Positions 36,771-47,395 of a DNA stretch of 64,000 bases are shown here, in pieces (within the stretch, counting starts at the first letter, position 1; the number at the start of each line of letters is the position of its first letter). Under the pieces are notes generated by a model that was not told the DNA's origin, searched no databases, and saw only the letters and a program-made list of their open reading frames with translations. Made by a program: the position numbers and the translations under genes. The stretch lies in NCBI GenBank assembly GCA_026023565.1, contig JAPETS010000043.1:124001-188000 (forward strand). The letters are read 5' to 3'. The DNA comes from Cirrosporium novae-zelandiae (taxonomy: Eukaryota).

Positions 36771-39700
36771 CTGGCGACTTGTTTCCCTTTGGCACCTGAT
36801 GAATAAATAAAAAAAGGGTGCCTTTATTGTCTGTATTCTTTTGTATTCGATGTATTCAATGTATTCAATGTATTCATTCAATGGGTGTCATGAAAAAAAA
36901 GCAAGATACTGGACTGGAGAGGGGGTGCGGCTGTTGTTGTTGCTTATAGCGAACTAGACAGGAACTTGACTTTATATCAAGCTATGAAGCCACATGCAAC
37001 GTTGAATAATTGACCGAAACTACAATTATAGACCTCTAGGTTCTGTTATTATTTCTGGTTTACTTGGATGGGTGCCGCTGTGTTGGCTGAGTCTTTCACC
37101 AACCACTACCAGCAACAGTGTCTGGCTCCATACTACAATCCTAATAAGATCCTAATTGCGAGATTGCGCTGGGTGCCTTACCATCACCAATTATCTTGTG
37201 GGGAAACCTCTGTGACGGCTCGCTCAGATGGAAAGATTCTTCACTGGGAAACCTATGATATTGAGCTCATGAACTGATTCGTTTTGGCAAGAATTCAAGG
37301 GATCGCTGCGCAGCCGCTGGGTTTACTAGGTTACCTAGGACTTTCCTGGGAGGAGGCTTTTTTGGAGAAAAGGACAAGAAACGGCCAAGTGCTCGGAATA
37401 AGGAAGGGTACCTAAAGATACAAGGGGGGATCCTACCCAAGGAGCTTTCTGGAAATAATGCTTTTCTCCTTCCGCAAAGACCTTGTACCCAACCTGTACC
37501 TAACCTGTACCTAACCTTGTACCGAGTAAACTCAAAGAAATCCAATCCATGCTGAAAATGTTGTTCTCGTGTTACTTTTGTAATGCACAATTTATTTCAA
37601 TTTTTCAATCTTTTAATCTCATTCATTGTTTGGAAACACTCCTTGCCTCAGATCCTCTTTTTTTCTCTTTTTCTTCTTTTTTCTTCTTTTTTTCCCGAAG
37701 ACAATAATGGAAAAAGGATTATAGAATAATAACATGTTTTGACTCATTAATTACAGCCTTTTTTTCTTCAATTTCAGTTATTGACCATTAGTTTCTCTAG
37801 CCACGTCCCCCCCATTACGTAGATGCCAGTCGTTACCCTTTCGTCGCCTTTTAATCGGTCAGTCACAGTGACGATGATGAGGATAGATGGGGAAATCCAA
37901 TAATTCTCATTAATGCCAACTACCTTTTTAATTCGCCCTCACACTTTCGTACTCGTATGTATCCCCCGTTACGTTCCATTCAATGAGATGCTTGGAAGAC
38001 TTTTCTGGCGAAAGTTATTTGTCGGCCTAGGATTCCAGCCCAGGATGGCCAAGCTTGGCTTTTTTCTCTCCCTGGTCCACCGTTGAGATATGATGATACC
38101 ACTGCTTTCAACTTTCCCACCTTTCCCTCTCTGCTAACTTTGGCTTGCGTTGAGGGGAAGCCGGCTGTGACCTCCAGTCTTTCCTGTTGGCCTAAAGTCT
38201 GAAAAAGATCACAGCCTCTTCCGCATTTTATGGATCCATGAGGAGATTGGAACAAAGGAAAATCAACAGCCAGTTAATTACTTGGGTTCAGTTATTACCA
38301 AAGTACAAATTGTAGGTACTGTGCAGTACAATGTAATCATTATTTTACGCATTAGACATTGTTGGTCTGTAATTAAATACCTAGGCCATACGATGATGAG
38401 TGTACGTTTAGTATATTATACGCAACAGGGGTTTGTTTCACGGTTAATTGAACCGGGCAAATCTCTACCAATACCAACGGACAATAATGCCCATAAACTG
38501 CAAAAGAGCCCCCCTTCTCAGGCTCTCTGAGGCATTCTGCCCCCTCAGGTTGATCATTTTCTAGGGAAAGAATACCTAGAGTAGTACTAAAGTGATCTAC
38601 CTTTTGGACATTTGGAAGTGCGTACGTGCATTTTAGGAGTCATGAAGGTAAGTAAAAAGAGGAACTGAGAGGGGGGGGGGTATCAGGCGCTGATCTCATC
38701 TTACACTGGTTTGAACCTTGAATTTGTGAACTCTTTGACTTCCTGGCTCTTAGCTCCATTTCTTAGCTTTCCGGTTCCGGGTGTTCAATTCATGCTTTGG
38801 CTTTAACTGACTGACGTGAAGGGTTGTGGCCGTGTGGCTGTAGTCTATGTAAAAAATAGTTCTCAAACTGGCAACCCCCCCCCCCCCCTCTCTCTCTCTC
38901 TCCCTCTCTCTCAGATACTTCCCCTGACAAAATTCTTAGCCGAAGAAACTTGAACCGACTTAAAACGGGAGAGAGTAATTTGAACCGGGGTTCATTACCG
39001 CAGAGAGTGATTTTGTCTTGTGAGGAGGTCATTTGATCAATGACTTCTAAATTGATTCCTTCAGTAAAAAAGAAAGATGGAAGATCAATGGAAGCGCTGG
39101 TTTCAATGTCAGAAGTTGGTCAACAAAAACCATTTGTTTGTGCCAGTCATTGGCAAGATGCAATCACGGGAACTACTAAAAGTTGAAGGATACGGTGTGA
39201 GCATTATTTGGCGGCTCTTGAAGTCTCATTTACTGGTCGATTACAAATTACGGGTAATTACCAAAATTTACGAACGGACGCCTCGTCAAGGCATCCACGG
39301 CGGCCACGGTGCAACAATCAATAGTTGATGGAGGTTCCGGGAGGTTCCTTTGGGTGTATACTTAGGTGTTCTAACCCGAAAGTTAGGGGGTTGTTTGGGG
39401 GGGGGGGGTGCAGATTACTTGAGAAAAGGTCGGTGACGTTATTACCCTCGCGGGCGGTGAGAGATGGTGAAGGCGGATTGGAATCTAATTCATTATTACC
39501 TTCTGCCCAACCAGACTTTCGGGCTCCCTCGTGGAAACATTCTCGAAAACTCACAAACCAGATTATCCCGGCAGCCTTTCCCATTACTATCCCATACTAC
39601 TTTTCTTCCCATCCTTCTCCCCCAGCTTGATGATCCCAGCTTTGATTATTCCTTGCAAGCGTATCCTTTTGAATCAATCAATCCACCCAGTCATCATCAG

Positions 39701-42700
39701 TCCGTTGCATAGCCTCTTCCCAAACCCCCATTCTAACTTTCATCATCCCACAGCCGGCCCGAACAAAAGAAAAGAAAAAAAAAAGAGGTTGCCGTGGGTT
39801 GCCAGATGGAAATAAAATGTTATTGAAAAATAAGCGAATTTCCAGCTTCACAAACCACAAACTCCACAAGCTTCAGAACAAGATGCAGCAGAAATGCGTC
39901 AAATGCATCGGAGACCCCTCTCAAGCCGAACTTCCAGCTCCACCGTTGAAGCCACTGAAAGCAGACACCGAGCGCACAACATGCCAGGTAACACAAGATT
40001 AAATCAGTCGCACACACCCCTCGATCAGACCTGAAGCAGGAAATAGAAACTGTGTTACTCGTACACTGGTGTCACAGCCTAACGTGGCTTGCACGACAAA
40101 AGACGACGACGATGAAAAATTTTCCGATGTAGCTGAGGAAGGATGAAAAGATGATTGTCCAATTGCATTGTCCCACCTTCATTTCCCCGTCTTCACTCAA
40201 CACAGCATTTCATAATGCAGTATCAGAACAGAGTTCATACAGCCCCATCCCTCTCATCCATCTCATCCTTAATCGAAGTTTGGCGGGGAATGCGCAAATC
40301 CGTGGAGCTAGCCGTGACAGAAATAAAAAATAAATAAAAAAACAACACACATACATAGCAGCCTCTCTCTATTTGCTCTGATCTGATTGACTGACGTTCT
40401 TCGGTGCTACACAATCTCTTCTCCAAGTCTCCACCTTGCAATCTCTTACGGTGAGCATTACCCCTTCAAAACTCTGATTTGATGCTGAACCTCTTTATTT
40501 CCCTGAAGCAATATCCGCTTTTGTAGTTAATTAATGTTTCTAGGTTCAATCTCGAGTCTCTTTCAACCCATTCTCTGATCAAATCCTCGTCTCTTGGCTT
40601 TGATTTGAATTTTGCAGTCATGAGAAATCGCAACCGCTACTGTGTGGAACTAATTGTAATCCCATCTACTTTAGTAATTGATGTTTGGAGGTTCAGTTTC
40701 GCTTGCCAATTACAATCGTGAAGTTGGTAGGGATCCACCAGGGGCGGAGTGACCTACAGTAAGTACCTACCATGCATGATCCCGAGAAGCAAGCTCGGAC
40801 ACCTGCGCCAAAATCAAGGTGTTAGATCCTCAACGATGCCTTTTTCTTGATGCATCCTTGGTATCAAATCGGGCCGGGGCCAACTCTCTAGATTTGGGAA
40901 TCTTTGGATTGGGTATGAATTTTTTTCTTCATAGCAATCCACCAGAATCGTCCTTTCGGCGGAATCCGAGCGAAACTTTATGGAAAGCCGTGACGATTCA
41001 AAATAATGCCCTCGAGCCGATATCATTATGTCACTCAGTTTTCTCGGTACGGGTCATTAACCTATGAGACCTTTTTACCAGAAGAAATCTATTCACGCAC
41101 CTCTCATGTCGAATAATTCCTTTTGACATTACCAAGCTGTTGCTTCTATTTTTTTCGTCTCCCTTGGCTGAGAGTGAACCAACGCAGCATGTGAACGTCC
41201 CAGAGATTGTTTCAAATTATCCGGAGACCAATGACAGAAGGAATGAATCAATCCTGATGCCCATCAAATTGGTTTCTCATCCTTCCTTCAGGATAGCTGC
41301 TGAGTGCAAGGCTTACAACTTTCGAGAACATTGCTCTGATCTTGTCCAGGGGCCCGTTCAGATATTCGCCCCAACGGTTTCGCGCAGATCACCAATTCGT
41401 ACACCTCCCGTTATCTAACATTTGGTTCAGAATTAGGGCGCGATCTGACGATTTTCGGACCGATCTAAACAAATAAATCCCGAATCTTATTTCTAGGATG
41501 ACTCGATGCATCGAGTCGGATGCATATTTGCAGGACTATGAGGACACAGCGGCTGGTTCCAAGGGTCGTTGACTCACAGGCTATACCGCTCCGGAAACAT
41601 GATGTGGATTCTACGTTGATAGTATATCTATGCGTGAATGGCCTGACAATGCAGTGTCCCTTTCTAGCGTTAAGCGTTCTTGTCCGAGTCTCGCACAATA
41701 CAACAACTCCGAATCAAACATTGGGTACCGATTCGGAAGAGCCTGAAAATACGCCATAACCTTCAATGGGTAAATAAGGGTGTTACGATCTACGGGTGTG
41801 ATAAGATAAGTGATAATAATTTCTGATTTCTTCTGGCCTTGACTAGACTAGGGCTACCTTTAAGCGGTGGCCTGCAACAAGAACTAAATTAGCCATGATG
41901 ACCGGACTAAGTGTTGATACCTATATATAAACCAGCGGTGTCCAACAAATATGTCTAATTTTGTAATGATCTTCGATCCATCGTCGCAACAGCATAGAAA
42001 GCCTTGAGATTATATAATTAGAAGTTCAGCGTTACTGCATACAGGCTGGTAAAAACAGGCACCTGTCATTCAGGGCCAGCAACGCCTCTATACATTCTCA
42101 TACCCCCTTGGAACTTTTTGAACCCTTGGAATATAATTGCCTCATATTTTAATAAAGCAAAAGAGAATATTAATCAATCATACGAGCTATATACAGTTAC
42201 ATAAAACTATACCAAAGAAGCTAGCTGAGAAAATGAATGAAGAGCACAAACCGTTTTTGGGGGCCTCAGGCTCAGGAGACATTTTTGCCGAATCCTCGAC
42301 TTGCATTTGAAGCTCCAGCCTCCAACCCCACCGCTCAATACTCCTTGCCTCGATTAATGCAGATTCGAGTTTCAGGAGTACAAACCCTGTAATAAAGTGG
42401 ATGTCTATATCGGTTTGTCCTAAGATTGTGATAGATTAATTGCGACTTACTTTATAGTAGAGATCCGATGCTGCAAGTCATTTAGCTTTTCTGGCCTGCT
42501 ACAATGGGGTACTGCAAGTCATGAGCCAAATGGGGTTGTTTGTTTCAAAGCCTCAGAATAAGGATTACGTGGAGAGCTGGGGTAGGTCTTCTTCCTTTAT
42601 ATATTCGAAACGAACATGGACACGGGCCAGGAGTTCGATCTAGAAGCTTTTTGTGAAGAATTCACATTTGTTTCGACATCTAAAGTGTATTGTTGTCGAC

Positions 42701-43310
42701 GTTTTGTAAAGATAGGGGTCAGTGAACTCCTACAATGGTTAGCGGAGAACCTTTTTTTTTTTTTTTTTTTTCAATCCACCATCCTTCAATATCTACCTTG
42801 TATGACACTACCTGAAGTTGTGGTAAGTAAATTAAAATGGCTAGAGGATCTAGACTCACTTACAGTTTGCTCCAATGATTGACCTTTTACCGAGTTTGTT
42901 TCTTATGGAGAAAATTATATACAAAGTACTGCACTTGTAATTTCCAAAAACCCTACATACCAGATATCGTCTTTCTTCTATTGCTTTCCAGTCATGTTCT
43001 GTACAACAACAATCTCGTTGAATATGAAAATGTCGCCTTAAAGTTGTAAGATGTAGCAATTTCCATCAGTTTCAATACTCATTAGAGAAATTTCATACAG
43101 TACTGGCTCAGCGTTGGCAAATCGGTCATGTCACGTCACATGTGTAATGTTTTCATCCTTTCCATTCTTCTCACTCAGCTCACGTCTCAGCTCTATGTTG
43201 AAACAATTGCCTAAATTCCTCTTCCTCTCCAATCGAATAATCATACCATCTTCAATTCCAGTAAAACCCTTTGTTACTGTTTGAATACCTTTCTTTACAT
43301 AGGAAGCACT

Positions 43311-45491
43311 ATGAATTGGACTGGGGGCCGTTTGCAAAGACATTCTCGCGGTAAGAAAGACGGCAATTCTATAGCTGCTATTCAAAAACGACACTTTGTT
43401 CAAGTACGACAACGCCAGCAGCATAGCCAACAAAATCGATCTCCCATCAAGCTATCGATCTTTAATAATAAAATGATATATCCTGGTAAGATTGATAGTG
43501 CAGATCAATCGGAGAGTGAGCCTCGAAGCTACCCGCAGAGTAGAAATGCCAATTTGGGAGAGCAGATGAAAATGGAGCAGTTTGAGAATATTGCTGCTGT
43601 TGCGAAGAGACTCGGTAGCACGAAACGCTCCCGTTTGAAATCTTCAGAGAGATTAGCCTCCAACAACTTCTCAAGTCAGATCCCAATGCCTCTTAGTCCA
43701 ATGCCAAAATCATCAGATTTCGAAGACCTTAAACAAAAACTACTCAAGAGGCGTGACTGGGTAGGGACAGCCATCACTCATCCTCTTCGCAGGAACCTAT
43801 CCACAGCAAAGGATGCCGAAAGAGTCGCAAAGCGTCGGAAAGTCACAAAAGAAGACCAACTTCGACAGACTGCACCAGTACCTCTGATAAAATCCCCGCT
43901 ATCTCGATCCAGAAACTTAGGAGTCTACCAACCTGAAGACCCTAGCATTCGAATTGGGCGATCACTGCATGGGAGTCGTACATCCGAGGGCCATGCTACT
44001 ACTAAGCACTCTTCTCCATCGAGAAGCCTTCGATCTGATTCAATGTTGCTGGATAATTTTGAGATATCTAGCCAGCGACCCGACTTCCAACGAAATTACG
44101 GTAATCCTGGACTGGGGAATGATGTGATGGTAACCCCTTACCAGGGTTATTGGAGGAGGAACAGTCGAGATGGGCTTATATACGGACAGCAGGTGCATTG
44201 GCCTGAAAAGCATGACTATTTCGGCAGACTTACTTTGCCGTTGACTCCAATCGTGCCAGCGACATCAGACTATGGTACTGGCAAGAGACAATACCATGAG
44301 TCCCTTAACGGAAAGCAGCCGAATGCTCTAAAGCAGTATAACCAACCAGGAGAAAACCTTACCTCTTTAGATCCATCGCCATTCTCGACTCGATATGCAC
44401 AATATCCACAAATACACCGAAAGAGTTCGCTAGCTCAGTCTTTCGATAATCAGCAATCAGAAATCCCTGAACCCTCTAACGACGAATTTTCCAGCCACCC
44501 TCCACCCACGAGTCCCCTAGTGCATTCAACTAGGTGTGCAGAGGGCCTGCCAATGCACCAACCAATCTCGTCTGATCGGGTTTTGAAGAGACAGATCCCT
44601 AATTTCATAGATCGCTTGGAGTTGGCTCATAGCGAAAGTTCCGAGATGCATTCGCACAGTCCCCTGTCTTATGACGAGGAGATCATGTCATCCATAAGAA
44701 GAAGCCAATCTACGATAAACACGAACACTGCTGCAGTAAGCCCATATCGACGTTCAGTGGTCCCCCGCATAGTCCGCGATGAGGACCAGGCGTGGAGAAA
44801 CTTTCTTTTTGGAGACGAGACGGAAGCAGAAGAGACAGGGAAATTCAGTCTGCCGGACTTGAGAGGACATCCGAAGGAGTATCAGTCGATATTCAATGAC
44901 ATTGGCAAAACCTCGATGTACAGCGAGGCTTCGCCGAGGACATCAATAGGGTCGTGTGCGCAGGAAATGATAGTATCATCAGGGAAAACTAAAGACGCTA
45001 TGTGCAACACAAATGATTCCGCGTATAGGCTGGATAGCATCCTAGGAGAAAGTACAGAGTTTTCGTCAACTGAGGTTGATACTGCAGCAGCAGTTGGTGG
45101 TCCAACCATCTCTGAGGATAGTATTGCCTCCTTTCCAAATACGGCATCATTGAGTCGGATCATCCCCTGGAACAAGCACACGCCCTTCAATCCTATGACA
45201 CCGAATATCAACCATCCCGTTCAAGTCAGCACCAATGGGATTTATTCCACAAGTCCGCTAACCCCCAAGACTCTCCCTCATCTTTTGATGTCATCTCAAG
45301 CCCCTACGCGTACAGCAACAAGTCATAAGACATTGTCCAGCAAGCCAATACCGTATGGTTCCGAATATTGCAGACGTGACATTCGACCAGGGGAGAGACG
45401 TTCTTTTCGCATTGGCCAGAATTTAGCAAGGAACTTGGCAAAGAACAAAACCACGGAGGTTGAGGATATTAAAGATGATTGGTCTATATAA
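43311..45491 (+). CDS. Largely disordered 726-aa protein with conserved N-terminal MNWTGG motif (candidate HEIP1/REDIC1-like meiotic crossover factor)
   Basis: Intronless ORF beginning MNWTGGRLQRHSR...IQKRHFVQVR; internal LKQKLLKRRDWVG and DQAWRNFL motifs. Confidence 0.75.
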   Translation: MNWTGGRLQRHSRGKKDGNSIAAIQKRHFVQVRQRQQHSQQNRSPIKLSIFNNKMIYPGKIDSADQSESEPRSYPQSRNANLGEQMKMEQFENIAAVAKRLGSTKRSRLKSSERLASNNFSSQIPMPLSPMPKSSDFEDLKQKLLKRRDWVGTAITHPLRRNLSTAKDAERVAKRRKVTKEDQLRQTAPVPLIKSPLSRSRNLGVYQPEDPSIRIGRSLHGSRTSEGHATTKHSSPSRSLRSDSMLLDNFEISSQRPDFQRNYGNPGLGNDVMVTPYQGYWRRNSRDGLIYGQQVHWPEKHDYFGRLTLPLTPIVPATSDYGTGKRQYHESLNGKQPNALKQYNQPGENLTSLDPSPFSTRYAQYPQIHRKSSLAQSFDNQQSEIPEPSNDEFSSHPPPTSPLVHSTRCAEGLPMHQPISSDRVLKRQIPNFIDRLELAHSESSEMHSHSPLSYDEEIMSSIRRSQSTINTNTAAVSPYRRSVVPRIVRDEDQAWRNFLFGDETEAEETGKFSLPDLRGHPKEYQSIFNDIGKTSMYSEASPRTSIGSCAQEMIVSSGKTKDAMCNTNDSAYRLDSILGESTEFSSTEVDTAAAVGGPTISEDSIASFPNTASLSRIIPWNKHTPFNPMTPNINHPVQVSTNGIYSTSPLTPKTLPHLLMSSQAPTRTATSHKTLSSKPIPYGSEYCRRDIRPGERRSFRIGQNLARNLAKNKTTEVEDIKDDWSI

Positions 45492-45594
45492 ATAACTATT
45501 CCATTACATATATTGGCAAGTGAAAAGATAATCTGATTCGGTACTAAAGATGTGTAATATGAGCCAATTTTGAAGCGATTGCTGATAGGGATCT

Positions 45595-46548
45595 TTATTC
45601 TAGCCTATGTATCTCGAACCGCATAGTTCTAACATCTGGATCATGCAATAATTTATCTTTTCCAGCAACTTTCCCCCAATCTTGGGGTGAACCTAGCTTT
45701 ACGTTAACCTGTAGTTTCGCCCCAGTCTTCCTGGCAATTTCAGTCCACATCCTCTGGAAGCTTTTGTTGTTATGCATAAATACTATACCCTTAGGACTGT
45801 CCTTGAGTGCCAGCTCTTGCTCGTTCGTATTCGCCATATGTCTCCCAAGAACAAGTGAGCCAGCTTTCGGTTTCAAGATTCGCACCATCCTTATACCAAG
45901 AGCAACTTGATCGTCCCATCCAAAAAGATGGAGGAAACTTGCAGCATGTATGATATCGATCTTCCCCTCTAGCTCTTTCAGTGGCACCGACTCCTCGTCT
46001 AATGCATCGGCAGCAAAGAAATGTGCCTTCAAGGTGTCCCTGTCTTGGAACAGTTCATACCCCAAATCAAGGTATTCATGTATCAGGTCGGTACCCGAAA
46101 GGCTGTCAGGTTGGGCTCCATCCATGACGAGGCTACGGATATCTTGGCCGAAGCAGCATCCCATATCTAGGAATGTATCGCCAGACTGCAAGCGCCTGAT
46201 GATGGTTGGGTATAGTGGAGCCCGAGAAATAGAGAGGTCAAGAAAGCGAAAGCGGCCGATGCATGGATAGGGGAATATTTGCCATGCTTTTGCTCGCTGT
46301 TTATCGTGTATTACATTAAATGGTCAGCGGTGAGATGGGATTGATGGTACGAATGTACCATTTCCACATGAAGAAGCACGTACGATAGCATGAATATGAG
46401 GAACCACTTGCTCTGGGGGGATTCCACTATATTGTTCCAGTATCCTTCTAGCAGGCGTAATGTCATCTATGATGTCTTTATTGTAAAATTGAGCAGTGCT
46501 CTGCCGGGCCTGGTTTTCAGGATTCCTCTGCTCATGAATTGATGCCAT
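45595..46548 (-). CDS. SAM-dependent methyltransferase (fungal AusD/GedG-like family), 1 intron
   Basis: LEQYSGIP, AWQIFPYPCIGRFRFLDL, FLDMGCCFGQDIR and IIHAASFLHLF. Intron 46297-46383. Confidence 0.9.
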
Positions 46549-47395
46549 AGCTGCTTGTGTTTGTTATTCTCAAATATGCTCCAGAGCAGAGGTAAGAAAG
46601 TGCTCGGGTATATAATACCGTTTTGTTGTTGCCTAAGCTAGGTTTGTTTACTGGATGTATAGTACCTTCTGTGTATGATTGTAATTAAAATATACAGAGC
46701 AAAACACTTCGGACAAGGGAGGATATTTAATATTGTTTCCTTGCCCCCAAGGTGGTATGAAGTTATTATGAGATGTCGCTATTATAAGACTTCCCCATCT
46801 ATTGCCATGACTTGGTCAAGAATTGTGGAGTTGTGTTGTGCTACTTGCAGCTAGCTACCTAGGTAATCAATTAGTTAACCGAAAATCAATGAAACCGATC
46901 ATTATTTCCGACGCCAATGAACAATTTGACAACACTTGCATTTCATCATAACTAATTCATTTCCTAATTTCATCCACCCTTCATCCAATTCAGTTTCTGA
47001 TATTCCATTACTTCATGTCCTATCAATGACTGTAGATCATTTAATGCCCTTTCCTCTCTGGGACTGGAAGAAGACCTTAATCGGGTGTCCAACACACGAC
47101 CTGAACCCTAGAATGCACCTCTGCTAATTAGGCCCTTTTCACTTCATTAAATCGTCCATCATGATGCAAAGACTGATGCAAAGACTGTCGAATTTCTCAT
47201 CAGAAAAACAATCATGTCATGCATGAGATGACTTTCAAATCATCTCATGACCCATCCTTTGTTCTCTGGACGAAAGACACATCGCGTTGCTAATCATTGA
47301 GCATGGTCCCCAAGATAGAGAATTAGGCTGCATTGTCATTAATTTTGAAGTCCGTCATTCATTCCTACAGGTCCTTTGGCTATTCTGATGGTCAT

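Noticed and set aside
39368..39392. CTAACCC-containing hairpin as a telomerase RNA template
   Set aside because: It does not contain a 1.5-repeat TAACCCTAA template and has no other supporting elements.
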